A DNA stretch of 64,000 nt from Paraspadella gotoi (lineage: Eukaryota > Animalia > Chaetognatha): contig CM119269.1 of assembly GCA_051294375.1 (NCBI GenBank), positions 7,995,225-8,059,224 of the forward strand. Reading direction: 5' to 3'. Both the position numbers and the translations under genes were made by a program. Shown here in pieces: positions 25,319-39,268 of the stretch. The first letter of the stretch is position 1; each line of letters opens with the position of its first letter. The notes under the pieces were generated by a model. It did no database searches, was not told the origin of the DNA, and saw only the letters and a list, made by a program, of their open reading frames with translations.

Positions 25319-26432
25319 ATGAACGAGAGCAAGATGTTTGCTTTTTTCGACATCAACGCCGTCATCGTCTTCGGATCCGCCGTGGCCATTTTGATCATTT
25401 ACCTGGTCGTCATTAATCTGTGGGACATGAGGAACAGGCGCCGAGACGGCGCCTGGAACGCGGACGACTTTGCCGCCTTTGAGAGACAGGTGGAGATGGT
25501 TGTTAGGGGGTGGGATGCTTAAATTTGTCCCCAATTCGTTCTTATTTCCTCTCGAGTTGCGAGCTTGAAATTCCAATTCATTACAAAGTTACGAACATAA
25601 ACTTTAATTCCGAGTTTTATACCAAAAACATTTTAATTGGCCGGATGGATATAAAATTTGTAGTCGCGCAAGATCATGAAAGATAGCAGATCCGAAACGG
25701 CCGAAGAAAATCGCTTATCCACACCTATCATGAAAATTAATTTTCTTTTAGCTGTTACTTTGTTTTCGGCTAAATTTTACTTTTGCCTACCGCCGTTTTC
25801 TCGTTAATGCCACTACTTGTGCCCGGCACAAGTTGTGGTTCAGCGGTGTAGATATCATTACCTAAATATAATCTACATTTTATTCCTTACGTAATTTTTT
25901 TAAATATTTTCATAAGCGGACTAAATATCTCCGGTCTTAGAATGAAAACTAAAACTGGTAACAGATTTCCTAAACTTTATTTCATCGCCAGGATCTTTTG
26001 CGAAGCGACATTCGCAATCCAGGGGCGGCGCCCGGTTTGCTGACGGCGTTGCAGAATTGGACGATGCCCCACCGCTCATCCTCCCCGGATCTTCCCGCGC
26101 CCCCTGCCTACTCCTCCATCGTAACTGGTAATTGAGTATTCGTTTTGTCTGTCTCTGTCTGTCTTTCATAAATGAAAAAAAAAATATCGATATGAGCTTG
26201 AGAGAAAGAAAGAGAGAACCTTGCTATGATGCTATTAGTTTATTCTTAAATTTAGCGCTTTTAGATTTTAAGACTTGTGTAATTAAAAAGAACAGAAAAG
26301 AAGTATCTAGCTTTGTAAACTCACTTTGGTCTTTCGAATACGTGTTTACTTTTTGTGATAGACGAGACGCTTAAAGACGAATCCCCACCGCCAAGTTATC
26401 AAGAAGCGATGCGGGACAGCGGATCTAGTTGA
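25319..26432 (+). CDS. Small single-pass membrane protein with two PPxY motifs (125 aa; exons 25319-25489, 25992-26127, 26362-26432)
   Basis: N-terminal TM AVIVFGSAVAILIIYLVVINLW followed by RNRRR; in-frame splicing gives PAPPAYSS and PPPSYQEA. Confidence 0.78.
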
Positions 26433-27504
26433 CAATAGTAGTTATAGCAATGTTCGTTTGTTCATTTACAACACGATTGCTCATTTATTTGCTTTTTCAC
26501 CTCGACAAGCATCTTGGATGCTTTTCGCGGCTACAGTTAACACATTGTAAAATTGCGTTAATTGCATGTCAATTTAGCTAATTCAAAGTTGTTAATTTTG
26601 TCTACGATATCTATGAATGTTTTTTGATACTAAAATAAAAACTTTTAAAAATAAACAATGATAGTGTTTTTTTTGGTTGTTGTTTATTCAATGATTCATT
26701 CGCTCATTTACGTTTTTTTAAAAGCGAAGATTCATTCACGAATGAGAAAAAAAAACAAGGACAAACAGAAATAAAGGAGAATTAAAAAAAAAAGTTTTGC
26801 GACTTTGAGACGATGTGATGATTTAAAAGAGAGATTCGAAGGTTGGGCGTTCGATGATTGGAGAATCGGGAGAATCGGAGGACCGTGATTGGTGAATCGG
26901 GATTGATTGGAGGCTTTGAATCGCGTCGACAATTTTTTTTTTTTGGCTTTAAACGAGGAACAGAAATGAGTCTTGAGCCTTGGATGAAAAATGGGGAGGA
27001 AGAGGAGGAGGAGGAAGAAGAGGAGAAAAAGAGAGGAAGGGAGAAGACGTGGAAGGGCGGCGGTGGTGTTAGCGGGGGTGGCGGCGGCGATGGCGGCGGC
27101 GGGAATGCGATGCGATATTCCCGAGACAGAACCGACGTCGTTCGCATCTCGTTCGCATCCTGATGCGAAGGGGTGGATGTGGAGATCGAATGCCGACAAC
27201 GTCGGCGTCGGTGATGGCAGCTTTGGTCGACAAATCTCTTGCGACATCTTTCGGCGAAATTAGAAAAATCCGCACAACGGAGGGAGAAACAAAAAACTAG
27301 GCACCAAGGCAGCGGCGAACGGTTGACGACGAACTCGCGGCGAACGGTCCACGACGAAAATTTGGACCCCGTGAAAATCCGAATATAATTGGACGTTTAG
27401 GTACGAAGTTGGCGAAAAATTATCTTTCGCGCTGATTTTTTTTTCTTTCGCTGCAGCCATAAGTCTCGATTTCGCTTCCCACGGAGTTCCTCCGCCGTCT
27501 TCCG

Positions 27505-27849
27505 CTACAGCAGCGGCTGCGTTTGTTTGTCCAGCTGCAGTTTGGCGATGTAGAGTCCGATCATGATGGAGAGAATGGCGACGCTGAGGGCGAAAAGGGT
27601 GTAGACGAGATCGTCCCAACACGTCGTCGGCGGAGGATCAGACGCCGCGGCCGACTCCGGTTCCTGCTGCGGCTGGTGCGTCTGCGGTTGCTGTCTCGTC
27701 AAATGCGGCTGCTGGTGTAACGTCTGTTGCTGCTGCTCCTGCAGTATTCGCTGTTCCTGCAGGTACTGCTGGTGACGCGCGAGGTAGCGCTGCCGCCGCG
27801 CGTTGGGTTCCGGCGGAGGAGACGATCCTCGCGTCGGCGCCGACGACAT
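27505..27849 (-). CDS. Putative small tail-anchored membrane protein (114 aa, Q-rich)
   Basis: ATG at 27849 (MSSAPTRG..), Q-rich middle and C-terminal hydrophobic helix LVYTLFALSVAILSIMIGLYIA. Upstream polypyrimidine-CAG acceptor near 27988; GC-rich like the other exons. Confidence 0.5.
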   Translation of the reverse strand: MSSAPTRGSSPPPEPNARRQRYLARHQQYLQEQRILQEQQQQTLHQQPHLTRQQPQTHQPQQEPESAAASDPPPTTCWDDLVYTLFALSVAILSIMIGLYIAKLQLDKQTQPLL

Positions 27850-28630
27850 CCTCGCCGGAAATCGCGGGGTGGAGCGGGGATCGTCCGGTATGATGGAGGG
27901 CGCCTTCAATCAGAGAGACTCGATCCCGGCGCCGATCCGCATTCGGCGTCTCTCGATCCCATCCTTCGAACGGCGCCGCGACAACACTGGAGGAAGGGAG
28001 ATTGTGTCATAGGTGATGTCGGAATGAACAGTGATGTCATGATATACTGATAAAAATATAATGACGAAACGTGAAACTTATCTATATATATATAATTAAT
28101 TATATTAATTATATATATATGAAAAGGATGGAAACGCTGGAGTTTTATAGCGAAAAAGATTCAAAAACGAAAATTAAAATATTTGAAAAGGAGGCCGAGC
28201 AAACCGTATGATAAGCGTTTCTTTAATTTCGTTTCCATCATGAGATACGTTTGCTTTTCGGCCGATGACTCTCATAACAAAAAATACACAATTTTTAATG
28301 TTTTAACTCAAATGACAAAGATATTTTCGTGAGAATTACCCCATTATCCGATAAATGTCAAACGGAACCAAAACAAGAAAATCCCGAAGGTAAACATATC
28401 GAGGGAAATTTCGAAAACAAAAGACACGAATCACAATTTCTGTCTCGTTATTTTTCTCTGTATCAAGACATTCTTCAAAACAAGAAAAGGGCCTGTTTCA
28501 TTGGGAGAAAGATATTGTTTGGCTCTTGGCTGCTAATCGTAATGATCTGTGGTGATTTCCTTAATCACCCGGCGTTGAATTGCCCAGATTCTTTCATAAA
28601 CTCATCCGCAGACATCTCTCTTGAGTAACG

Positions 28631-28756
<126 letters not shown>

Positions 28757-29299
28757 GAGAGAAGGGTACAGTAGGGCCCTTGCTATCAAATTTCACTTTT
28801 TTGTTTTTAGAGCCTTTTTCGAAACGAGTTTGCTGTATTTAAAAAAAAAAAATTACAATAAAAAACTTGACAATTAAGACTTGATTTTTGGTTGAATCGA
28901 TCTTACTGTCGTAGGAAGATAAAAAAACTGTGAAAACAGAAGAAGTTGTTGAAGTTGTACTTAAACAAATGAACAATCATGTTTGTACCTTCGAAAGATT
29001 GCAGTTGATTTATTTTAATGAATTTTCATAAAAGTTTAAATCATGTCTAATAAAGATTTTGCTATTAATTAATAACGAAATATCCATCGAATTTGAGTGC
29101 AAAATTTACGCGATGTTTCCAAGCGAACAAAAACGAAACTGAACAAAAAATACGAAAAAAAAAAAAAAAATAAAACCGTTAGCGATGTCGGTTGCGAGGC
29201 TGATAAAGGTTTTGTACTTATTATCTCGGGCGATATACAAATACCCAATCAGTAAAGTATAATAAAAACTTGGCTTTAAATCCGAGATGAAAAAACAAC

Positions 29300-29336
<37 letters not shown>

Positions 29337-29501
29337 TGAAAACGTTGATTCAGTTCTCAGTTTTTCTTGAATGTAAAAAAAAGTCGGGAGGCGGAGAAGC
29401 GAAAAATTGTAAGTGAAAACGAAGTTCGATCGAAAAAAAAACTTCGAATGCTCAAAGGCAGCAGCCATGGTTGAAGCACCACCATGCAGCCGGAGAGAGA
29501 G

Positions 29502-29644
<143 letters not shown>

Positions 29645-30971
29645 TGAGAGAGAGCAAAGGTATCCGACGAGCAAAGCTTGATTGAGGAGATGTGAGAAAT
29701 TAAATGGCCAACGACGATGATGACGATGACAACGACGACGATGATGACGATGATGACGACGACGATGAAGATGATGACAACGACGACGATTTTCGCGACG
29801 GTTCAGATGATGACGATGACCGTAACAATCAGTGGGGCGACTAAGATGAAGACAATTTTTTTTTCATTGCAGACGATGAGCAAGACTCGATTAAGTAAAT
29901 GTAACGAAGACAATGATGATGACGACGATGAAGACGACGACGACGACAACGACATAGATGACACTGTCGGGAAGAAACACTAGCTCCAAAGACAGCAACG
30001 TAAACATATTTAAACCGATCGTTAGCGAGACAAGAACCAAACAAAATTTTAAACAGGCCCGAACAAAATAGAGAAAGAATAGAACAAAATTGAACAAAAC
30101 ACAAAACCGAACCAAACGAAATGATAGTTTAAACTAGCGAGAAAGTAAAAACAACAACAACAATAACAACAACAAAAACCCGAATTTGAAGAGACAACAA
30201 CGACGACGACAACAGCAACGTCACGCAGCGGCACACTGCAGCACGCAGCAGCACGCAGCAGCACGAAGAACGCCGTGAGTTCTCTCGCCCGAGTCTATGT
30301 CTGTTTCTTTTTAGATTTGTTTACAAACAAATGTCTCTTGAGAAGAATTAAAGATATGCGAGTCTTGCAAGACAAAAGGATTTAAAGTTACGATGGAGTA
30401 CGAAGATTTGGTAATCGCAAGTCACGACTAATATCAACGATAAGTTCAATAATTTACGTTAATTATGGTAATCAATATAATAATTTTACAATCTTTTAAA
30501 ATGTTTACAGTTCGACGGTCGAGGAGAGAATTTTCCCGCGATTCATCGTCACAATCGCAGTAACGATTAAAGATATTTCTTTTTGGACGGCCTTGCCTCC
30601 TTTCGTCATCAGTTATTTAAATACATAAATATATTTATATAAATAAATAATCGAATGAAAGATATTACACAGTGACGGCGATGCCAATAAATCTAAAATA
30701 TCTTTCTAGAGATGGATCGACATGTTTCTAATTAAAGATTAATGAAAAGTTGTGTCTTGAGATATAAATAAAAATAATATAATAAACGATCATTTTCCAG
30801 ATTAATGACTTTCCAGCTTCAATTCTCCCATTATTCATCTCAAGCAGCTTTAAGATTTTTTTTCCCCCCGTTTCGGAAAATGTTTACAAAATCAATTAAT
30901 GATTATGCTCGTTAAAATTAGGGCCTGATAAAGAAAAAAGTAAACTGAGATTTAAGAAGAAAAAGAACCTA

Positions 30972-31367
30972 CAAGGTGACCATTTGAAACCCACCGCTAG
31001 AAAATATTAAATAAAAACTGTAAACTGTTATATATTTAGCGATTCTGTAGTATCAAAAATATCTTCTTGGGGCCCGGTCAAAGTTATTAGGTATAGAATT
31101 ATAACCACTTCCTTTTTAAGAATAGTCAATGCAATAGCAAGGTATGTTACTTAATTACTTACTTAATTATAATCAATATTCCTGAATCAATTTTTACTAT
31201 GTAAAAAATAAGCTGACTGGGCTAATATATTTATAAAAAAATAACTACAGATTAGTATTCACTAATAGGATAGTTTGCAAGATATAACTGCTAAATTTTG
31301 ATTCCAAACTTTCACTTCAACCTAATGGTGAATATTTCATGGAGTCGGGTTTCCAATGGTCACGATG
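30972..31367. mobile_element. Tc1/mariner-type MITE
   Basis: Imperfect 21-bp TIRs CAAGGTGACCATTTGAAACCC / GGGTTTCCAATGGTCACGATG, flanked by TA on both sides. Confidence 0.72.
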
Positions 31368-32010
31368 TACGAGAAACTGGGTTCTTTGTTTGAGTTTTTC
31401 GTTACTGTGGCAACCGAGAGAGTTCAGTTTTGCCTTTTTTTGTTACCGGAGGATGTTGACCAGAAAATCGCTTAAGTTTTTGTTTGCTGACCCGAGATGA
31501 ACCGTTTCTACCTCACTGTTGTAATTGGATTGCTTACTTGTTACTTTTTTTTTCGTCGTAGACTTTTTTCGCCTCTAAATCTTTACAATCATTATATTTA
31601 TAACATTTAAGTTTTTTGTTTATTGATAATCTGATATAAATTGTAACTAAATGTTGTCGTCAGTCGGCAGCTTAATCGCGTTTTATATTTCCGCCATCTT
31701 CGTCTTCGTCGTCGTCGTTGTAGTTTTTACAGTCTTTCACTTCGAAGTCGTCGTCGTCGTCGTCGTCGTCGTCGTTACCTGCGACGCTGCCATCTGCCAG
31801 TTAAAGCTTCCATCGGACGAGACTCATAAAAAAAAGGTTCCATCTTATGCGGAAAGCGCCGAAATCAGGAACCTGATTTTTTACAATTTAACAAAATTCT
31901 GTTTAGAAAAAAAAAAAAAAAATCTGTGTCAATGGTTATTTTGTTTGCTTAAATGTTAAACTTAGCTTTTTCTTCTTCTTTATTCCTTTTCATATTTTTC
32001 CTCCTTCCCG

Positions 32011-32107
<97 letters not shown>

Positions 32108-32387
32108 TTCCTTCCTGTCGCCCACAGACACACAGACTCATCTGATGCTAACTTTTTTCCTTCGTTTTTATTATTTTTTTTTCTACTTTCTTTCCTTAGT
32201 CGCTTCCTTTATTTATGTTTTCCTTTTATTTTCTCTCCATATTTTCGATATATATTTGTTGTTGACTCTTTGTTTTATCGGCGTTTCATATACTTTTCTG
32301 GTCTCTTTTTCGAGAGTTCCTGTTTCTTTATATCAAATTTAGTTTGAACTTTAATATTTATTTGATACATATTTTAAAATATATAAC

Positions 32388-32580
32388 TTAATCCCTAACC
32401 ATAATTCTAAGCCTAATCTTTAACCTTAACCCTAAACTCTTATCTTTAATTTTTATTCTTAATATCTAAACATTAATCTTTTACCCTTATCCCTAACCCT
32501 GATTACTAACCTAATCCTTAATCTTAACCATAAACATAATAACTAATCTAATCTTTAAGCATAACCACCAATTTAATCTT
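32388..32580. repeat. Degenerate (CCCTAA/CCTTAA)-like hexamer repeat
   Basis: Recurrent TAACCC/TAATCC/TAATCT units; similar tract at ~870-970. Confidence 0.55.
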
Positions 32581-32625
32581 TATCTAGACATTGTGTATAA
32601 ACTATCGATTTCGTTGCGTTTTGAA

Positions 32626-32743
32626 ATTTAGGAGAAAAACAATTTTTATGATGAAGACTCTAAAACTCAAGAGTCGAAACATGTATGTATTAATAATAAA
32701 ACAATTCGTTGATAAAAACAAATAAATTGTTTTTCTCCTAAAT
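32626..32743 (+). mobile_element. Degenerate Penelope-like pLTR remnant with minimal hammerhead motif
   Basis: 20-bp inverted repeat (32626-32645 / 32724-32743) around aTGATGA-A-GACTCT..AGAGTC-GAAACATGTA; the first C of CUGAUGA is missing. Confidence 0.6.
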
Positions 32744-32964
32744 CTTTATATAAAACAAATTAACCTTATTACCAATTGAAAACGAAACGGAGCGTTCTGG
32801 GAAAATAAGGCCAAATTTTTTAAATTATTTTTTTCTCCTAGTTCCCTTTTCGTGCTTCCTTCATTCTTTTTTTTGGGTCTCAGTCTTCCGTTATATAGTC
32901 ATTAGTCACAGTGAAGTAAATCGAAATAAAACACAACGTACTTAAATATATGGCCTTTCTTTGA

Positions 32965-34380
32965 TCTAATTTCTTCCTCTATTTTTTGTACTTTTCTTTC
33001 CTTTCATTCCTTTCCTCTCTTCCTCTCTTTTTCCTCCTTTTCTCCTTCTTCTTCTACTCTCCTCTCCTTTCTTTTTTTCTCTTCCCTTACTTTTACTTCA
33101 CCTTTTTTCCCCCTTCTCCTTTATTCCCTCGTTTTTTCTTTTTTTAAATTTTTTTCTATTTTCTCTCCTTTCTCTCTTTTCACTCGTTCTTCCTTTACCT
33201 TCTTTCCTTCCCTTTCCTCCTTTTTTGAATTTCTTCCCTCTCCTCTCTTTTCTTTTTTCCTCCCTTTTCTCATTTTTTTCCCTTCGTATCTTTCTTTCCT
33301 TTCTTTCTTTTCCTCTATTTCCTTCTTTTCCTGTTTTTCCTCTCCTTTCCTCTTTAACCTCTCTTTCCTTCTTTTCTTTTCTTTCCTCTTTTTTTTCTCT
33401 TTTCACCCTTTTTTTCTCTTACCTCTCCTTTCCTCCCTTTCCTTCAGGAGAGAAAACGGTAAAAGAAGGAAATAGAGGAAAAGAAAGAAAGGAAAGAAAG
33501 ATACGAAGGGAAAAAAATGAGAAAAGGGAGGAAAAAGAAAAGAGAGAGAGGGAAGNNNNNNNNNNNNNNNNNNNNNNNNNNNNNNNNNNNNNNNNNNNNN
33601 NNNNNNNNNNNNNNNNNNNNNNNNNNNNNNNNNNNNNNNNNNNNNNNNNNNNNNNNNNNNNNNNNACCTCTCTTTCCTTCTTTTCTTTTCTTTCCTCTTT
33701 TTTTTTCTCTTTTCACCCTTTTTTCTCTTACCTCTCCTTTCCTCCCTTTCCTTTATTTCTACTCCCTCCTCCCTTTCCTTTATTTCCACACCTTTCCTCC
33801 CTTTCCGCTACTTCCACTCATTTCTCCCTTTCCTCTATTTCCACTCCTTTTCCTCCTTCCTCCTACTTTCCACTCCTTTCCTCCCTTTCTTTCTCTTTCC
33901 ACTCCTTTCCTCCATTTCCTCTATTCCACTCCTTTCCTCCATTTCCTCTTCTCTCCTCCCTTTCCTATATTTCCACTCCTTTCCTCCCTTTCCTATATTT
34001 CCACTCCTTTCCTCCCTTTCCTTATTCCATTTCTCCTTTCCTCCATTTCTTTTCTCTCTCCTACATTTCCTCTATTTCCACTCCTTTTCTCCTTTCTCCT
34101 CTATTTCCACTCCTTTCCTCCCTCTCCACTATTTCCACTCCTTTCCTCCCTTTTCTATATTTCCACTTCTCCTTTCCTCCCTTTCCTCTATTTCCACTCC
34201 TTCCTCCATTTCCTCTTCTCTCCTCCCTTTCCTCCTTCCATTTTCCCACTCCTTTCCTCCCTTATCCCTATATTTCCACTCCTTTCCTCCCTTTCTTTTA
34301 TTTCCACTTCTTTCCTCCCTTTCCTCTATTTCCACTCCTTTCCTCCATTTCCTCTTCTCTCCTCCCTTTCCTCTTCCTGT
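32965..34380. repeat. Polypyrimidine low-complexity / TTCCACTCCTTTCCTCC-type minisatellite containing an assembly gap (33556-33665)
   Basis: Repeating TTTCCACTCCTTTCCTCCC units; an inverted copy abuts the N run. Confidence 0.85.
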
Positions 34381-34892
34381 CAACGGATGTCCTCCGTTTG
34401 CTTTTGTCATTAGGAAGATGTCGCCGCCAACTGAGCTGGACACCGGATGATGACGACGACGAAAACGACGGCGAAAACGACGACGGTGATGAAGACGACG
34501 ATGACGACGAAGACGACAAAGATAAAGACGACGAAAATGACGACGACGGCCCCGTTAAGAAGAAACTCTTCTTCTTCTTTCTCTCTCGTCTTTTTATTTC
34601 AGAATATCGACGACGACGACAAAAACAACAACAACAACGACGACGACGACGATCACAGCCGGAACTGTGTCGCCTCACACGTGGGCGAATATTGATCAAA
34701 CGCTAAAACGGTCGTAACGTCGAATTTGATGAAGATGACGACGAAGATGACGACGACAGTAAAAACAGCGACGATTTAAGACGATGACGACGACGAAACC
34801 CAAAAATCGTCGCCCACGTCGAAAAAAGGAAATAATCAAATATCGTATTCCACCTTCTTTAATATTTATCTAATATCATCGCCTTCGCTCAT

Positions 34893-34933
<41 letters not shown>

Positions 34934-35614
34934 TACGACTACGACGACGACGATGACGACAACAACCATTCTTCTCATTTTTTTATATACATTAAACAAA
35001 AAAACCCAAAAAAAAATGTTCTTTTGTTTTTTGTTGTTTTTTTTCGTGTCTCCGTAGAGCGTCCGCCATCTTGTTTTTTATGGTGAGGAAGCGAAGGTGA
35101 GGTCGTCTGCGATTTTCGGTCGATTTCCAAATTACAATCGTTGTGGCCAGAAGCGCAATCTCCGCTTATATTCACAGTGAGAAAAAACAAGAGCGGAAAC
35201 TTCTTTTTTCAAATTCACTGTGAATCCATCAATAAAAATCCATCGCTCGAACGTTCACTTTATTCTAGGCGGAAGTCAGCGACCTTGGTTAATGACCATG
35301 TGGCTTGAAAATGATCGGTTAAATGCTTTTATGAATATCATTTGAATCTTTTGCGTACATTTAAAGCGGAAATGTTTTCCGAAACTTAATATAAAAATCT
35401 AAAAATTAAATTAATTTTGATTTTAAGCTGAAACGAGCCGTTTTTGAAAAATATGAATAGTAAATCCAACATAAAATTCTAGAACAATAGTCATTAGTCA
35501 TTCTGTATCATAAACATTAAACATTAAACATTAAACAAGGCAACTATCTGTTTCGCTTTTCTTCCGTCTCAACTTTATCATTACCATATTCAGCTTAAAA
35601 AAAGCCACCCGCGA

Positions 35615-35729
<115 letters not shown>

Positions 35730-36404
35730 GGCAAGGAGTTATATTTGGATTCCGTCTCATCCAAACTTCCGCTTTTCCCATTTTTTTTTAAGTGGCTTTT
35801 CTTTTTCTAGAAATGTTTCGATGTTATTTTAAACGGAGCAATGTTATGCGTTTAAAAGACATAAATCTCGAGGTCGTTATTATCGTCCAAATGGGAGGAC
35901 GGACGGACGGACGGACGGACGGACGAATGTAAACGAAGAACAACTTCTTTCTCTGCCAATCCTCCGTCCTCATTCGCATATAAAAAGACAAATGAAAAAA
36001 GAAGAAAAAAAAGAAAGAAATGTTTTGAAAGAAAAAATGAGAGAACAACAAAAAAAAAGGGGGGAGAGAAAGATGAAAAGAAAAAGGAAAAGAAAATAAA
36101 GAAAAGAAAAAAGAAAAATAAAAGGATATAAAATAAAAAGGATCTAATCGAAAGTCAAAGGGGACGCGAATCGACGATTTTGCTTCGCGTTTCTTTAGCT
36201 CGAAACTCGTCTCTCTCTCTACGCGCGCCTTTTTTTTTTTTAAACCGCGACTCGACTTTTTTGGAGCCGCCAGGCGACTTTTCTTCGAACCACGGCCTGC
36301 CTTTTCTCGTCTAAACGCGCTTTATTTTCTGGCAATATGTATATATATATATAACACATACATTTGAAATTCTTACAACTATCATGAAGACTATGGATTC
36401 ATGC

Positions 36405-36552
36405 AATAAATAAGCTATCTTGTCTCGGGACTTTGGACAAGCAATAGTGGGTTAAAGCTTTCATCCTTATTCCCTATAACAGGTTAATAACATAGCAGGA
36501 CCCTGCAAGCTTTCAATAAAGACTCTCTCACAGTTGGTACAACCAATATAAA
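36405..36552 (-). mobile_element. Diverged repeat family 3 copy with degenerate twister-like motif
   Basis: Minus strand ..ATTGAAAGCTTGCAGGGTCCTGCTATG..GA-TGA-AAGCTT-TAA-CCC-AC-TATTG-CTTG-TCCAAAGT-CCCG..CAAGATAGCTTATTTATT matches 44880-45000. Confidence 0.7.
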
Positions 36553-37361
36553 ATTTATTAAGTAAAATTTTATATAATTTAATAATTTTCCCTTTAATCT
36601 TGATTTCATGCTCTTTTTTTTCCCTAAATCTTCAAAATTTCTTTGTCTTAAATTTAAAACCGATGTTTTCTTTCAAATTTTTTCCCAATTTTTTTTTTCA
36701 ATCAAATATTTACGAAACCGTTCGACTATCCATCAAACTTGTCTGGAGAAATTTTTTTAAACATAGCATAGTAATTATTGCTAATTATTCTTTTAAGTTT
36801 AACTGTCATTGTATCGATCCATTATTCCCTGCGATACTTTCTTATTTCTTTTACGCCATCGTTATTTTTGTTTTGTCAATTATTTTTATAATTTTTCAGC
36901 TTATATGAACGTATCTTTTGTACGTAAAATAATTTCTAAAAATAATTTGTTTGCGAAAAACATCATTAATTTTAAAAATACTGCTAAATTCTTTTTCAAA
37001 TTTTTTCGTTGCCTTTGCGTACGAATTTAAAGAAAAAGTATACAAAATAAACACAAAACAAAACAAAAAAAAGCAAAACGACACATAACACAAAACAACT
37101 GATTAATTTTCGGTGAAGCTCGCGCCCACAAGTGATTCACCTTCTCCTTTCCACTTCAAAATTTATAAAAGGTGATTATCATAATCAATAATATTTTTTT
37201 TATTTAAAAGAATTTATCAAACGAAAATAACGACATAAAAAACAATCTAATGACAATGAAAGGTAACAAAAAAACGACAAAATTTCTCATTTTTTAAAAC
37301 TTCTTTACTCTTTATTTAAATACTATGATTATTTCTTCTTTCTTTCATTCTATCTTTTTTG

Positions 37362-37435
<74 letters not shown>

Positions 37436-37439
37436 TTTT

Positions 37440-37471
<32 letters not shown>

Positions 37472-37542
37472 TTTTTCTCTCCTTTTGTCAATAAATATTG
37501 ACGTAAGAAACTCTCGTCGTTTTGTTCCAATTAAGAAGAAAA

Positions 37543-37667
37543 GTCTCGGGGTGCCCGAGGGTGAAAGAAGCAAGGCGGGATCACATGGCATGCCATGTCG
37601 GTGTCGTCTCGGGGTGCCCGAGGGTGAAAGAAGCAAGGCGGGATCACATGGCATGCCATGTCGGTGT
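37543..37667. repeat. 63-bp tandem duplication containing a 16-bp palindrome
   Basis: Two identical copies starting at 37543 and 37606; each has CTCGGG-GTG-CCCGAG and ACATGGCATGCCATGT. Confidence 0.9.
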
Positions 37668-38207
37668 GGTGTAAAAAGCTGCAGTGTGGCGCTAAGAAGA
37701 TGACGAGTTGCGGCTTAAAGGAGCCGAGAAGGGAGTTGCAGTGGGACTCGTGTGGCAAAATGGCCAAAGCGTGAAAGAGTGAAAGGGTGAAAGGGTTAAA
37801 GTTTGAAAGAGTGAAAGGGTGAGAGGGAGCTCAGAGAGGTGGCGTAGCGCCGAGACGCTGAGCGTGCGATTCTCGTCCGCAAAATTTGACGGCGATAAAT
37901 AGGACGACGACGACGACGACGACGACTCTTTTTTTTATCTGTAGTTGTCAACTGAAGAACATTGTTTCAAGAAATTATTTTTTTTTGTATCGATTTTTGT
38001 TTGTTTTTTAAGTAATAGTTACAATCGAAATCAAATATATCCTTATAATTCATAACAAAATTTAAAATATTTTGTAATCAAAACATTTTAACACTTTAAA
38101 AACGTTGAAAAACTGAGAGAAACTTATCTCGCAATATATATTAATAATTAAAAAGCAAATAAACAATGACGATAGAAATTTTAAAAAAAATTCCCTTTTG
38201 TTTCCAG

Positions 38208-39197
38208 ATGATATTCTTTTTGTGGTTCGTTGGATTCGCTTCCGCTTTCGCCGACAGAGAGCGCGCAGGTCGGTTGCTTGTTACGATTATACGAGTATTT
38301 CCATAGAATTGATGAATTGAATTGAATTTATGTTCTATCGTTGGAATAATATTATTATTATTTTTGCGGTCACGAGGCCTCAGGGGAAAATCAAACTCAA
38401 CTTTTGCTCGTCTCACGCCGAATATTTTTTTTTCAAATTTTTCTAATCTTTTCTCTTTTTCTTTTCTCACATTCGCATTCCTCTCTTTCCTCTCGATCGA
38501 CTCTTCCCTTCCACCCTACACCCCACTTGACCCCACCCTCCTTATCCAATCACCCCCCCACCCCCCCTAAAGCCTCCGCCTCCCTCGTCAACCTCACCTC
38601 CTCCGGCGTCGTTCTCCTGGGGCGCCGCGTCTCCGTCGCCGGCGTCGGCGCCGAGGCCTTTCGCTTCTCCAACATCCGCTACGCGACGCCGCCGACGGGC
38701 CCCGCGCGGTTTCGCTACGCGGCGCCGCTGGGGGTGACTCCCGGCGACGTAATCGACGCCACCAACGCGACGGCGCTCTCTTGCGTCAACTTCGGGAGTC
38801 GCAGCCATCGCTGGTCGCGTCTGGCGGACGACATCGAATGGGGAGACAACATGGCGGACGTGTGGGGCAACGAGGGAGAGGATTGCTTGGTCTTGAACGT
38901 TTGGACGCCCGTTTGGGGTGAGTTTGGCGTGAGGAGCGAGATTCGGGTACGAGGGTCAGACGGTGAGCTATCGAACAGTAATCGACGACACAATGAGAGA
39001 CAGAAAGAGTCACAGAATCTCTTTCCCAGTGAAAAGAAATCTCCGAAATGTGTTTTTTTTTTTTCTCGGTTTCACAATTAACAGATTTATCGAAACCGCC
39101 GAGGAAAAAGTTTTCAGTCATGGTTGAGATTCACGGAGGATCTTATTACGGCGGAAGTGGCTCACAGGTAAGTCTCAGGTGATTGAAGGAGGGGGGG

Positions 39198-39268
<71 letters not shown>

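Noticed and set aside
29700-34960. Poly-Asp/Thr ORFs from (GAC/GAT)n tracts and the 493-aa ORF at 33225
   Set aside because: Open frames are explained by simple repeats and an N gap; no splice-consistent model or domain.
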